NCBI GenBank assembly: GCA_964016885.1
Contig: OZ024743.1
Coordinates: 215,698,001 to 215,762,000, forward strand
Direction of reading: 5' to 3'
DNA from: Eledone cirrhosa
Lineage: Eukaryota
Length of the DNA: 64,000 nt
Both the position numbers and the translations under genes were made by a program. The notes below the pieces were generated by a model that saw only the letters and a list, made by a program, of their open reading frames with translations, made no database searches and had not been told where the DNA came from. Of this stretch, positions 1 to 14,088 are shown piece after piece; the first letter of the stretch is position 1; every line of letters starts with the position of its first letter.

Positions 1-88
<88 letters not shown>

Positions 89-99
89 CCTCCCCACAT

Positions 100-166
<67 letters not shown>

Positions 167-190
167 ATTATATATATATATATATGTATA
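1..190. repeat. (TA)n/(CA)n microsatellite (representative; similar tracts at ~2836-3160, 20045-20210, 20560-21165, 21700-21833, 23148-23256, 36526-36785, 37616-37935, 42851-42920, 47858-48119, 53810-53965, 54497-54618, 59981-60350)
   Basis: Direct reading of dinucleotide tracts; they explain the YIYI/HTHT/CVCV/RERE ORFs in the track. Confidence 0.99.
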
Positions 191-1153
191 AATAAAGAAA
201 AAATGATGAAATCGAAAATGCAACTGGTTTCTTATTTAAAACAAATATATATATATTTATTTTGTTCCTTTACTGGTTTCGCAGTTCTTCTGCTTTTACA
301 TAGGACAAACTAAACTCACACTCAGGAACAGAATGACAGTTCATCACCAACAATTACGAGATCTAACCACGAGACAGATACCACTATGCGCACATCTAGA
401 CATATGCCGAAGTAATAAGACACCCAAATTCCAGGTCTTCCCATTTTACCTTTGCGCAGACAATACAACAGAATAAATAAAGAAAATATGTTTATTCAAA
501 AATATAGACCATCATTAAATATGGTTTAATATACATTATGTCAACACCATAACATGCTAACCATCCACACAGAGACATACACACACACATAACACCTTCT
601 ACTTTAGAAAATGAAAACCCGAACTAATTAAACCTTAACATAGGTTTGCTCTGATAATACAACTGAACAAATACGAATAAAATAGGAAAATATGTTCATT
701 CAAAAATATGTCTACTAACGGAATCATTTTCCTACATATACACACACTCACACACAAAATATATATTCTCTTCATCTTAACATGCTAACCATACTCCCCC
801 ACACACACACATAACACCCCCCACAAACACACAACACTCTCCCCCATTTCGACTAATAGAATCACTGTCCTACACACATACACACACACACACTCTATAT
901 ATATTATCTCCATCTTAACATACTCCCACACACACACACACATTACACCCATATACAAACACACACAACTCCCTCCCCATTTCTACTAATAGAATCATCT
1001 TCCTATACACACACACAAGCACACAAATAAGCATACTATATTTCTACTCTCTTTATTTCAATAGAAAGTCTGAATTCGGACACCCCAGCAAACCAGCCAT
1101 ATTCACTGAACCAGAACAATTCTCCCATACCATTTCTCTTGACCATTATCTTT

Positions 1154-1316
1154 TGTCGGACGCCATGCTTTGCAGCACAGTTACGTCCATTTACGGACTG
1201 AGTTAAAATCCCGCCGAGGTTAATTTTGCCTTTCAAGCTTACGTGGTCGATAAAATGAAGTACCAGTAATACTCTGGAATAATTGCTGGCCTTGTGCCAA
1301 AATTAGAAACAATTAT
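1154..1316 (+). mobile_element. SINE family 1 copy (5'-truncated)
   Basis: Matches the other copies (core ...gcctttca..cttac.ggtcgataaaat.aagtaccagt...; tail ttgtgcc..aa.tagaaacaat). 12-bp TSD ATTATCTTTTGT at 1145-1156 and 1312-1323. Confidence 0.85.
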
Positions 1317-1765
1317 CTTTTGTTTGTCATACAATTTTCTAAAATGCTACAAAATAAATTTCCAAATACGAGCGTGAAATTTAATGAACTTGTTCATGTG
1401 ACAATCATAATTTCATGTATAACCAATCAAATTACATTTATTAAAAAAATCCTTCGTGGGCCACTTTTTTTAAAGTAAAAACAAATTCAAACAAACTGAC
1501 GCGAAAGCTGATGTGCTTATTCACGTCATTGCATCAACCGACCAAACTTCACTTATATATGAAAAAACAACCTGAGCACACCCCTCCCTTATTTGAAGAA
1601 CTTTGTAATGCGAACTGGCGCGAAATTTATTATACTTATTGACCAACCAATCAAATTACTTGTCTAAAAACCTGGCGTTTCGAGCCACTTTTCTCCATAT
1701 AAAACAAGTAACATACAAAGACCAACCACATGTGAGAAAAACCACAGACCGTCCAACTCAACTTT

Positions 1766-1803
1766 ACTTGTGAAAAGCAGAAGAACGGCGAAACCGGTAA
1801 AGG
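1766..1803 (+). ncRNA. Degenerate hammerhead-like motif in PLE pLTR
   Basis: CTT-GTGAAAA-GC..GC-GAAAC-CG-GTA-AAG. The inverted copy at ~270-298 has helix II GCAG/CTGC. The 5' core is non-canonical. Confidence 0.4.
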
Positions 1804-1952
1804 AACCAAAGAAATATATGTTTTTAAAAATAAGACTCCAGTTGCATGTTCAATTTCATCTTTTTTTCCTTATACTTTCACTCGTGTAGGACACCTCGGT
1901 TATTTTTCATTTTGTAAAAAACCTCACTTTCTAATATATATATATATATATA

Positions 1953-2833
1953 TGAAGAAGAAGTTTCTGAAATGGAAATGCGGGTATAAATAATATATTA
2001 GGTAACAATTGTTTCTATAGTGTGTGGGTTACCTATACCTCGCTATTTGTATAATATAAAAATATTATCATAAATCGTAGGTACACTGTAAGAGAACACA
2101 CCATGTTGTCAGACCTTTATGGTAGAATGATAGGAGAATATTTTATACACTAGATATGTGAGAAAGTAGGAGGTAGGAAGGGAAGAGGAAGAGGGAAGCA
2201 AGTAAGGGGGAGGTATTCTTAGGATTCAAGACTGTCAGAGTAGTAGAGATTGTATAGAAGAAAATGTTTTGGCAGCAGTTAGCTAAATGAGGCGTGTTAG
2301 TGTTGGCGGGGGAAGTAAATTCTTCTAGTGGTGTTGTTTGGACAAACTTTAGTTAAAGGGGTCAATGTAGTACATAATAATAGACAAGTTATTTGGGGCT
2401 ATTATAGTAGCAGGATATTTCTAAAAGAGTCTAAAAAACAGTGTTTAGTGCTATTATTATAAAAAGCCATATCGTGTGTATAAACATATAAGAATATGAA
2501 AATAAAAATAGAAATTTGCAAATGGTGGTGTAAAAAGATAACATTACATGCATTTAAAAAAGTCGTTTTTAAACGATGGTTACAGTAAAGTGAACGTTCA
2601 ATTTTGCTGTTCAAAAGTTTGTTTTCCGACGTTAATATGCAGTATATCTCCATACTGCATAATTTACAAAATCGGTGATTTTGCTAATATGCTAGCGCAA
2701 CTTCAATACTTTGCCAATAAGGGGAGAATGCTTGATTGTTCTTCCGAAGCTGCCAGGCTTTATCGGCGAGGGTTGTTTTGGAGCGTATTTTCTCATGCTT
2801 GATCGAAGATCGTTGTTGGTATAGGCGAGCTAA
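1953..2833 (-). mobile_element. Naiad-type Penelope-like fragment (endonuclease C-terminus plus 3' region)
   Basis: Minus strand ~2833-2550 reads ARLYQQRSSIKH..TTLADKAWQL..W..I..A.AY*..FCKLCSME..IL..LLNSKIE..YCNHRLK, the same motif order as the endonuclease at 44055-44540. Confidence 0.75.
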
Positions 2834-2834
2834 T

Positions 2835-2865
<31 letters not shown>

Positions 2866-3039
2866 ATATATATTTACATATACATATATATACATATATA
2901 TACAGACTCATACATATATACATATATATCTATACACACGTAAAAATACTGGTATATATATATATACATAGTCACGCACTAACATATATACATACATAGA
3001 TCACTCTCTTTTCCTTTACCTACGGAAATACTTCATTTA

Positions 3040-3112
<73 letters not shown>

Positions 3113-3126
3113 GTGTGTGTGTGCGC

Positions 3127-3163
<37 letters not shown>

Positions 3164-5005
3164 AAAAAAGTGGATATTTTTCAAGCACTCCACATGTTAT
3201 TAGATGTATTCTCTGTTTTCGTGTGTCTCCCAACGGCTTGAAATATATTTGCAGCCCCCGCGCACGTGTTGTTTTGTGATATTCATGATGTGGAAATGAG
3301 TTTTGAATCAGATATTGTTATAATTCGTTGGAGTCATACCGCAAAAACACCGCTCGCACCTATTCTCACGTCATGTAAAACCAATACCGTCGGAGTTTTA
3401 ACTTATACTACAAAAGGCTTTTAATGAGGTTTCCGGAGAAAAGCCATCCAACCCAACTCATTTGTTCATATACGGAAACTGCTATATTTAATACTCTTGC
3501 AATTGGTCGTTATTTTTGACAAATTCACAATATTCGAGTTACCTCGACCGTGGTACATTTAAGATTGCGATAAATACTGCTGCAACTGAATCCTTACAAC
3601 TAAAATTAAACGGTAAATTTACATTGACAGTTGATCGATGCTGCTTCTGCTGGAATCCGCTAGACGCCGACAGCCATCAGCCTTTCAATATTCGTAGAAA
3701 GAATGCTTTCCAAAAGTTTATTTATTAAACATACCGTATATAATAGATATACGAAATTAACATACGTGTATATATACAGCTATGTCATTTTGCTATATAC
3801 ACGCATATATATGTATATATATATGTATACATAGATATAGTTATACTTTCATACATACATACGTACATATATGCATACGTATATACATACATACAAACAT
3901 ACATACATCTATTTATACTTTCATACATACATATGTCTTTGTAGAAGAGAGAAATAAAGCGTATGTTTTTAGAGGAAGACGTGTTTACAAGTTTGTTTGG
4001 TAAAATATATACACTTTCTCAAAATTGCAATAATGCAATGTCAATGCAGAAACTAAACATTGTGTTAAATTGATACTTTTCTAATATTTTTCTCTTACGA
4101 TTTATTTCTATTTAATTAACTTGGATTATAAAATACAGTGATTGTCTTCGAATATTAATAGAAATGTCTTATAACCATAGCCGTAAGTATTCCTGATGAT
4201 CAGGAAATAATTGAACACAGCCATTAATTAATTAATTGTTAAATTTCTAAACCAAATGTTCAGTTGTTTACCTGTCTTCAAAATTTAGCGTTGGAAATAT
4301 AAAATAAAATAAACATATCGTTCAACCGCATTTAAATTAAAATTTAATTGCTACATTACTTTATTTCTCATGAATGAAATAGCCGGTAAAATAGAACTTT
4401 GCAACACTTGGTACTGTTTTTCTTTTAAACAAAGGGGCATTAGTAAATCAAAATGATAAGGTGTGTTATTTATCATGTGATATTAAAATGAACCGCATTG
4501 ATGGTAGTCGATGTTATAGACATGGCCTGTTAGCAAGATATTGAAATTTAGGTGAAGTGAGATTTTAAATGTTGTGCTTAAATATCATAGGATGTCTATC
4601 AATTATCTATTAGCTTTAGCCTGGAATAAATAATATGAACTGGGTGGTATTCACGTGCTAATCCCGTTATTTAATAATAATAATAATAACAACAACGAAA
4701 CAGCAACAACAATAACAACAACAACAACACTAATAATAATAATAATAATAATAATGATTTCTTTATTAACCACAAGCGTTTACATAAAGTAGACATTAAA
4801 GACAGTGCAGGACAATACAGGACGGTACAAATGGGCATTTCTGCGTGTAAAAAACAAAAACAGAGGATGTAACAAAAAAATAACAATGAAAAATTCCCCA
4901 ATCGGGGGAGACTTCGGAGGGACATTTGTGGAGAAAGCCCAGTAAAAGGCCACAGTGACCCTGACCGCCAAGGCAAGTGCCCTCTCCCAGTTTTCCACCT
5001 TTAAT

Positions 5006-8000
5006 TTACAGATATATACTCAGAGTAGGCCCATTCACTCGGGCCATTCTTGCTTCTCTCACCCATCTTTCAACAAAATGCTGGGAAGAGAGCACTTCCC
5101 TCTCTACTCTGATTTTCCTTTTCAAATGAAATTTGAAAAAGTCGATCAGAGCATCACCGAAGAGGTAAGTGCTCGTCTTCAGCCCTTTCAAACGTGTCCA
5201 CCATACTATCACTTTCGCCATGGCCACCAGACAGATAAAAACTGCCTGGCCTTCCCGGCTAAAGGAACAGGGCGGGGCAATCCTCACGATGGACTCAGAT
5301 GATAGCCGGATCCGTCCTAGACGCGACAGCAGGTGTTCGACATAAACCCACAAGTCAGCAATTTACGGACACTGGACGAGTGCGTGCAGGACGGTTTCGT
5401 CGCCCTGCGCGCATCTCGGACATGCCCGCTTGACGGCACCTCCATGCCTGTAGAGTTTATCCCGAACTGGCAAGGCTCCTCGGTAGCACTGCCAGGCCAG
5501 AGATTTCTGGAAGTTGTCCATAGGCCCTGTCCCGAAAGTTCTTCCGAAGAGATTGGCTAGTTGATTTTCTTCGACGCCTAGAGTTTCCCCAAGTACGTCG
5601 TCGCTCTTCCCCTCCACTAATCCTCTATAGAACGCCGAGGTGGAATTTTCACCGATCACATTGCCCGACTGGTCGAGGGCTGTGAGCACCTGAAGACATT
5701 CCAGTCTCCAGGCGCTCCCTCTCGGTCTTCGCTTGACCCAGGACTGCAGCTCCGTCAAGGAAACCAGCTGGGGAAATACGTGTCTAGCAAACGACGACCA
5801 CACCTGATCACCGTCGAGGAAGAGGTGAAGATGTCGTAGCCTGAGCGCGTGCCTGCGCATCATCAGCCACGGCATGCCCAGTCTCCACGTAGCGGGTGTT
5901 GACAGCAGATGGACCGCCTGACCATCGGAGCGCGTCCTTCCACAAAAAGCGAAAGAGCAAACGCTCCAGCGCAGTCATGCGGGGCTTAGGAAAAGGTACA
6001 ACGGTCAGGCGGTAGTAGATGACGGACGCGATGTACGCGTTAGTCACCTCCACTCGACCTTTCAGGGATAGCTTCCTCTCGGCTCATTTCTGGGTGAGAG
6101 AAGCCATCGTCACATCGTCCCAATTTTTGTCCGTCTGGAGGTCCGGGACCAAACAGACCCCTAGCAATTTAACCGCTCCGCCCGTCCAGCGCCCGACGTC
6201 GCTGTTGGACGGCATGGACCTGCCTCTCCAGGTGCCGAGCTGCAGGCCCACTGAATGTTCCTGGTTGATCATTGCTCCTGTCAACGCTTCGTATTCTCTT
6301 AGTGTAGTGCCGATCGCCTCGATGTGTTTGGCGTTCGACACCACTACGGTGACGTCGTCCGCATATGCTGACACGGATCTTCCGCATCATAGTTCGCGCG
6401 AGACGCCCCTCAACGTCTCCAGTTTGTGCAGTAATGGCTTGACAATCAATACGTACAAGAGGGACGAGAGGGGACATCCTTGGCGGACCGAGCGCATGAT
6501 GTTGAACGGTTCCGAAAGGTGACCGTTCACTCTCACCACAGAGCATATGTCGCTGTTCATGGCAGCGATCCAGCCTCTGAAGACAGGCCCAAAGCAAGCC
6601 GCCATCAGGACTGCCGCTAGGCAACGATGGTCGACCCTATCGAAATCTTTCGACTGATCTAAATTGATCAAGGACCCAACCGTGCCAGGTTCCCTAGCTA
6701 CCCTCTCTACGATGTATCGCATGAGGTGGAGGTTGTCGTGGATGGATCTGTCGGGAATGGCGGACGTCTGCGCCTCTCCCACCAGACCACCAACGACAAG
6801 CGCCAACCTCTTTGCGAGCACGTTGGCCAAAATCTTGTACTCCGATTTTAGCAGAGTTATGGGCCTGAAATTATCTATGTTATCCCCCTTGTTCGGATCC
6901 AGCACCGCCACAGCTCCTAGGCTCACAGAGCTGGGAATTCTCCCGTTCTGTTGCCAGTTGCAGTAGACATCCGCCAAGAGGCCTCTGAACAAGTCTGGCA
7001 TCTGTACGTAAAGTTCATAGGACAGACCATCCAAACCAGGCGATTTACCCCTTATGCAGCCAGTCATTGCCTCCCGTACTTCAGCGGCTGTTATCGACTT
7101 TTCGCAACTCTCCGCCTTCAATGGCCGAGAGCCACGGCAGTCCGTCGAGGTAGACACTAAAGTCCATCCCTCGATCAGGCCCGGCGCTGCTCCCGAACAG
7201 CTGCGCGAAGTGTCGCTGAAAAGCTTCACACATTTGCCCGGGATCGAGTAGCATGCGCCCGTCGTGGTCCACCAAAGATCGGATCGTGGCCTTGTTGCCA
7301 CGACGCGCCTCCGCCACTCGGGCCCATTGAACGGCTTTCGTCCCCTCGTGTTTGAGAGCACGCACCCTAGCTCTGATAACGCAGCCTTCGTGCTTTGCAT
7401 TGAAGAATTGGTCAAGGGCCAATTTCCCCGCAAGTACGTCGGTCGCGATGCCTTTGCTGAGCGCCTCGTCTAATTTTCTAACTAATTCTCCCTCTGCTCT
7501 ATTTTCTCTATTGCTAAAGCCTTACCAAACCTAATGGACTCTATTCTAATTGCTATTTTCAGAGCAAACCAACACTTGTTGTTGACGATGGCCCCCGTCA
7601 ACGCCCGCTTAATTAGTTCGCTATTCCGTTCTCTGTAGGCCTTGCGCGCTGGTAAGGACCCGTTTAGCTTCCAGTAGCCGGGTCCTCGTCTATGAAGCCT
7701 AACTAAGTCAAGCGCACAGATCACGAATTTGTGGTTCGTGTAGCTGACTATCTTGAATTATGGACAGCCTATGCTAGACCTATCTATTTCCCTACAAAAT
7801 ACTCTATCTAGATATGATCTGGATGACCCTATGCGATTTGTCCAATCCACATTGGCACATTCGGGAAATCCAATCGGTACCTGTCAGACAGTTCAAAATG
7901 CCTGAGCAGGTTGGTGAGGCTCTCGCACCATCCACCCCTATCCGCTAATCCCACACAATCCCAACGTGCATCTAAGATCCCGTTCCAGTCGCACACTAAC

Positions 8001-8410
8001 ACTAAAGAGCTGGACGTTGCAAGAAAGGTCTCCAGACGCCGGAAGAAATCAGGCCGCCCTGCTCCTGTCGGGGCATAGACGGCCACTAGCCTGAAAGCTT
8101 GTCCGTCTCTGCTGGTCACGTCCAGCACCACCAACTTACTCTCTGGGTCCAGGAAGATGGCCCGTATGGCGAGATCCAAACCTCTCCGAAAAAGCACAGC
8201 AACTCCTCCCCCCGATCCAGGACGGCTGGGAGATGCGTACACATCGTAGCCGCCGAAGATCGGTGCGAAGGACCGTGCTTCGGAGATTCTGGTCTCGCTG
8301 ATGGCCACTACATCTAAGTTTAGTGACCTGAGGTCGTTGAGCAGGTGACCCTGCTTCCATGACGACCCCAAGCCATGCGCATTTATGCTGCCTATTCTGA
8401 GTGAGGTCAT
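5006..8410 (-). pseudogene. ORF2 (AP endonuclease + reverse transcriptase) of Tx1-like LINE, frameshifted
   Basis: APE: SINAHGL, ISET, VAVYAP, DWN, GYWKLN. RT: KSPGLDG, FRPITLL, LDQSKDFDRVDH, RQGCPLS, AYADD. C-terminal CPRC..ETVLHAL..C. Split over several frames. Confidence 0.92.
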
Positions 8411-8724
8411 GTTGAAATGGAGTGGAAAAGATGGGAAAGACCACTTACCTTACTTCTCGTAGAGGAAGGACGGTTTCTCCATCCTTTTCACTGCTTGTGG
8501 CCTCCTCAGAAAGGATGTCCTTACAAATTCACCTGGAGAGTGTTTGTCGGAGGACTCCGATGTCTTTGGGGAATTTTTGTTTTAGTATCATGTACGTTTT
8601 CTGTGTGATGCGAGTGATTTGTATGTGTGGAGATGGTGTGAACTTTTAGGTTGCTGTGTAGTCTTTTTCTGTGATGCTGGTGTTGTGTTGGATGTAGCGT
8701 AATAATTGGTTCTTGTTCAAATTT

Positions 8725-8906
8725 AATTGTTTCTACATTAGGCACAAGGCCAGCAATTAATCAGTGCATTACTGGTACTTTATTTTATCGACCCCGTAAG
8801 GATGAAAGGAAAAGTCAACCTCGGCGGGATTTGAATTCAGATCGTAAAGGAACGTAACTATGCTGGAAAGCATGGCGTCCGACCCTGTACCGATACTGCC
8901 AATCCA
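8725..8906 (-). mobile_element. SINE family 1 copy inserted in Tx1 ORF1
   Basis: Reverse complement of the 33302-33490 copy; interrupts the LINE. Confidence 0.88.
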
Positions 8907-10191
8907 ATGCTGTGTAGTGTGTATCGTTTTGGTTGTTTTGTTTTGTTTGCGTTTATGTGGGTTTGTTTCTGTTTTGCTTATTGGTGACTTTTGTGGTGTT
9001 GGTGATGGTGGTGTTGGGGTTAATGATGGTGATGGTGTTGGGGTTTGTGGTGATGGGGTTGGTGATGCTGGTGTTGCTGGTGGCATATCTTTCCTAACTT
9101 TTTTGTTTGATAGTTTATTTGTTTCCCTCTGTATTTTGTTTTTGGAGGGGGAAGGAAGTGAATTTTTTCTTTAATGGTTCTTTTCTTCTTTTTTCCTGAT
9201 ACCGTTTCCCACTCCTCGTCGTCACAATCTGTCTCCAGTTACGATAGGTCGGGGAGTGGAAAATCCTCCACAGGCGTTGGTTTTGGTTTTAGCGTGCAGG
9301 ATGGTGTAGGCGCTGGTGTTAGTTCTGACGCGTTGGGTGGTGGTGGTGTTGGTTTTGCTACTGTTGCTGGGGTTGTTGCTGTTACAGTTGCTTATGTTGT
9401 TACTGCTACATTTGTTGCTGCCATTTATGCTGCTGGTGGTGTTGATGGTTGAGTCACTGTGGTGGGTAAAAGAGGTGGCCTCAATCTTTTAGCCTGAGGG
9501 CAGAAAGCCCTTAGGTGGGTTCCTTCACCACAAACCACAAACCTAGGCCATCTGCCCTCGACGATTACGATGAGGTGGCTGCCGTCAGTGAGGTCTATTA
9601 CCTCTCGGATCTCCTCAATGCTTTTTTGGTCCGCTTGGATCAGGAGCTCCATCCCAGATCCGGACCAGTTCTCCTGCTATTTTTTCGCTATTTCGATTAT
9701 CTTGGTGTTGGCCTCGATGCCGGCGAGGATGGCAGCCTTTAGCCAAGGAATTTCGATGGCCGGTGAAACGTGGGTCACCCTGATCCTCACGAGTCTCTGG
9801 CCACAATAGCCTGGGACAAGTGTGAAGTCGTCACTTCTTAATGGGGCCATGGAGTGTTCTCTGCCCTCCTGTGGTGTTTCGAAGAACACGTCCACGGTTC
9901 CATATTTCTGATGCGTCTGATATGGGATTTTTTTGCCCACACGTGTCACAAAGCTTTTTGGATTTGGGACTCGGATGCCCATTCCACTCGGCGCGATTTC
10001 ATATTAATCGTCCAATAAGACACGGTGCATAGGCGCCGATGCTCCATTTTATTAGGTGTGGGGTGGGGGGAGGCTGACCCTGTACCTATCTTTCTTTACC
10101 ATTATCTTGGCTTCATCTAATTCCTCCTGAGTTACCTGGATTGTTTCGCATTTTTTTGCTGCTTTGGCATATTACACGATGTTGTTATTCT

Positions 10192-10222
<31 letters not shown>

Positions 10223-10983
10223 ATTGTTATTTTTGTTATTGTTATTTTTAGTTTCAGTAGTGGTGTGGTGGTTGTGGCGTCAGTGGTGTTCGGTTTGGAA
10301 GAGTCGATTCTGGGTGTATCCATTCCGATGTCACGAGATAATTCATTTTTTTCATTTGTTTCTGTTGTCGCTGTGGTGGTGGTGGGGATGGCGGCTTCAA
10401 CACCTGCAGTCATTGGTAATGGCGGGAAATGAATGTCTGCAAGAGACAAATTAAAATTATTGCTACTGCTTATATTTTTAGTGTTGGTAAACGTAGTAAT
10501 ATTTACAATGGTGGTGTTGGTGTGAGATATTAGTTTGTGAGGAAGGCTCTCAGCTGCTTGGTGTAGCTGTGCGTCGTCCATGATTTTTTCAAAGAAATTT
10601 TTTGTTTGATAATTATAAAAGTTTAAATTTTTGGGCTTAAGGCCCCAATCTTTTTGAGTGTCCTTTTCCGAAAGCAAATTATGTGACTTTATAAACAGTT
10701 AACAACAAAAAATTTCCATAAATGGCAATTTTAAACAAACGAAAACAATAAACCTTTGCAGAACTCACGATGATATGATTTCCTACGTAGGTCGCCAATA
10801 ATAATAATAAAAATAATAATAATAGATTTGACCATTCAGTCGTTTCTTCCACCAAGGTTCTGATCTCCTTGTTTGTTGTTTCCTCTCGCTTTTATGCAAA
10901 TTCGTTTCCTCACCGCATTTGCTGTTGCTTTGAGGATATTGTTGCACTGGTGAAGGCTCCTCGCTTCAAGGTATGGGATGACT

Positions 10984-13900
10984 AATAAGAACTAATGGCT
11001 GGATAAGCGAGCTGGAACTGGAGAGTGGAGTATGCCAGGCAAACGAGCCAGTGGGAAAAGAAGGTGAAGAGCTGGAGAGAACGGAGGAACCGTCCGAAGC
11101 AGACAATGATCTGAATGCTGAAATAAATAATTGTTTCTACTTTTGGCACAAGGCCATCAATTACCCAGTACATTACTGGTACTTTATTTTATCGACCCCG
11201 TAAGGATGAAAGGCAAAGTTAACCTCGGCGGGATTTGAACTCATGCCGAAATAAATAATACATGGAACAAAGATACGGCCATTGAGGAAATGAATGCTGA
11301 CGGGATAGAACAAGATTTGGTTCATGTCCTAAACTTAGTGTTAGATGAAATGAACAATGATAGTGGGGAACCTATGAACCTAAGTTTGTAGACAGAAAAA
11401 AGTTAAAAGAAACAACAGCTAAGGTAAACAAAGTCATCCCATACCTTGAGGCGAGGAGCCTTTACCAGTTCAACAATATCCTCAAAGCAACAGCAAATTA
11501 CTTGTGGAAATTACTTGGCATTGAAGCGAGAGGAAACAACAAACAAGAGAGATCAGAACCTTGGTGGAAGAAACGACTGAATGGTCAAATCAGGGAGATT
11601 AGAAATGACATTGGAAAGCTTGAGTCCCTACTGAATCGGACATTAAAAAATATAGACACTAAAAATAGACTGGAAATAAAGTACAAAACTAGGAGGAAAA
11701 AGCTAAATTTATCATAGAGGAACTGAAGCAACGCATTGTAGCAAATAGTGCAAAGATTAGGCGATACGAGAGCAGAGTCAGTCAGTATAGACAGAACCGC
11801 ATGTTTGACAACAACCAGAAGATGTTGTTTGGACAGCTTGAAGGGAAAGAAAAAGACAACGACTTGATACCTGAGGCGGAACAATCTAAGACATTCTGGA
11901 GAGGAATATGGGAGCATGATATTAAACATAATGATCAGGCAGTGTGGATTGAGACAGTACAAAAGTGGATTAGTGAACAGGCACACCAACAAATTGATTT
12001 GAGTATCACAGTTGAAACTCTTAAGCAGCAAGCCAGAAAACTAACCAACTGGAAATCACCTGGCCCAGATGGTGTGCAGTGGTATTGGATTAAAAATATA
12101 ACACCCCTCCACCCGAAACTGACAACCATGTTCAATGACAGCTTGATGTCAGGTAAGGTACCAGAGTGGTTGATAAAAGGTACCACAGTTCTAGTAATAA
12201 AAGACCGAATCAAGGTTAATGATGTTACCAACTATAGACCTATCACATGTCTGTCCGTAATGTGGAAACTGTTGACCAGCATTGTGTCTGAGGAAATCTA
12301 CCATCACCTCCTCACAAACAACTTGTTACCGGACGAACAGAAAGGATGCCGAAAGAAGTCCCGTGGTACAAAGGACCAGTTACTTATTGATAAGATGGTA
12401 ATGAGGAATTGCAAGAGGAGACACACTGGTCTTGCCATGAGATGGATAGACTACAAAAAGGCATTTGACATGGTGCCTCATTCTTGGATGACCAAAACCT
12501 AGAGATCTTCAAGATGGTAGATAACATCAGACAGTTGTTGAAAAAAAGTATGAAGTCCTGGAAAACAGAGTTAACATCAGCTGGAGAATCCTTGGGAGGC
12601 GTGAGGATCAAGAGAGGTATCTTCCAGGGAGATAGTTTGTCCCCTCTGTTTTTTGTCCTTGCCCTGATGCCCCTGACCATTATACCGCGAGAAGTGAGAG
12701 CAGGATACAAGTTGCGAAATGGAGAGCTTACCATCAATCACCTCCTCTTCATGGACGAACTTAAGCTCTTCGGGAAGAGTGAGAAAGAGTTGGATGTGCT
12801 TGTTGACACTGTCCGTATTTCTAGCAATGATATATGTATGCAATTTGGTATTAGTAAGTGTGGAGTCCTTGTGATGAAGAGGGGTAAATTGAGCAGAAGC
12901 AACGGAATCCAGGTACCAACATGTGAGATGATAAAGGAAATTGACACTGAAGAAGGATACAAGTATTTGGGTATTCTGGAGGCTGATGACATCAAGAACA
13001 AAAACATGAAGGAATTGATAAGATCTGTATACATTCGGAGAGTAAAGAGCGTATTAAAGTTACATCTGAACAGTAGGAATGTCATAAGTGCAGTAAATTC
13101 TCGAGCTGTGTCTATTATTAGGTACAGTGCGGGAATTCTGAGATGGAATGTTTCTGAACAAAAAGAAATGGATAGAAAGACTAGGAAGCTATTGACTATC
13201 TACAGCATGTTCTACAAGAGGAGTGATGTCGATAGACTAGACTTAAGAAGATCTGAAGGTGGAAGAGGTCTTATCAGCATAGAGGACTGTGTTCAGATGG
13301 AGAAAAACAACCTACAAAAATACGTGACCGATAGAAAGGAGCCAATGCTCAGAATTGTACTGAAGGAGAGGACAATAGACCAGGGGATGTCCAAGGAGGA
13401 AATAACAACGAGGAGAAAGAGCAACCTTCATGAAAAATCCCTTCATAGTACCTTCTTTGAGAAACTGAATTTAGAGATCCACAGACATGGAACTGGTTGA
13501 AAAGAGGAGACCTTAAAAAGGCTACAGAAGGAATGCTAATGGCTGCGCAAGAGCAGGCCCTCAAAACGAAGTGGCTGAAACACCATATTTACAAGGAGGA
13601 GGCTAGCCCACTGTGCAGGATCTGTGGAGAGAGAGAGGAGTCTGTGGCTCACGTTGTATCCGAGTGTAAACACCTAGCCCAGACTCGCTATATAGGCTGG
13701 AGACATGATGTGATGGGCAGGGTGATCCACTGGCACCTATGCAAAGTAAACCATTTATCACATTCTGAGAAGTGGTATGAGCATAAGCCAGAGTCGTTGA
13801 TAGAAAACGATCTGGTGAAGGTGCTATGGCATTTTAGGATACAGACGGACAAGAAACTGGAACACAATAGACATGACCTTGTGGTTTCGGACAAGGAAAA

Positions 13901-14088
13901 AAGATCTTGCCTGATTGTGGATGTGGCCTGCCCATTCGACACGAGAGTGCAAGAGAAGGAGAGGGAGAAAATTACCCTTTACCAGGAATTAAAGTGGGAG
14001 GTAAAAAGGATTTGGAACTGCCATGAAGTCAAAGTGGTCCCGATTGTCATAGGCGCACTAGGTACTATCTCTGCAAGGGCTATTATCC
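10984..14088 (+). mobile_element. R4/Dong-like RLE non-LTR retrotransposon, frameshifted, 3' end missing
   Basis: RT: NWKSPGPDG, YRPITCL, EQKGC, IDYKKAFDMVPH, GIFQGDSLSP, LLFMDE, FGISKC, YKYLG. Zinc knuckle CRIC..ESVAHVVSEC. RLE motifs RHD, (P)DLVV..LIVDVACP, KITLY. Confidence 0.9.
11128..11243 (-). mobile_element. SINE family 1 copy (5'-truncated)
   Basis: Matches family core and tail; near-perfect ~17-bp TSD ATGC[T/C]GAAATAAATAAT at ~11115-11131 and ~11243-11259. Confidence 0.85.

Larger units (their letters stand above)
192..1932 (+). mobile_element. 5'-truncated Penelope-like element (GIY-YIG C-terminus plus pLTR) with short 5' inverted arm
   Basis: 297-528 translates [19 protein letters not shown]...PLCAHLDIC...FPFY..* and, after a frameshift, IQKYRPSLN (GIY-YIG 'YIG..R..H..E..LN' pattern). 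192-298 is the reverse complement of ~1773-1872. Flanked by (TA)n on both sides. Confidence 0.8.
4756..10796 (-). mobile_element. L1/Tx1-like non-LTR retrotransposon, near full length, decayed
   Basis: Two-ORF layout. ORF1 remnants 8420-10677 include a degenerate knuckle (..CGEGTHLRAFC); ORF2 has APE, RT and a C-terminal CPRC. AATAAA at 4762-4767 (minus). (AAT)n tracts on both sides (4673-4755, 10797-10823). Confidence 0.9.

Noticed and set aside
3250-3728. Short open frames that might be exons
   Set aside because: No consistent splice pair or recognisable protein family.
4188-4210. CTGATGA-TCAG-GAAA as a hammerhead
   Set aside because: No helix II or helix I; just a short palindrome.
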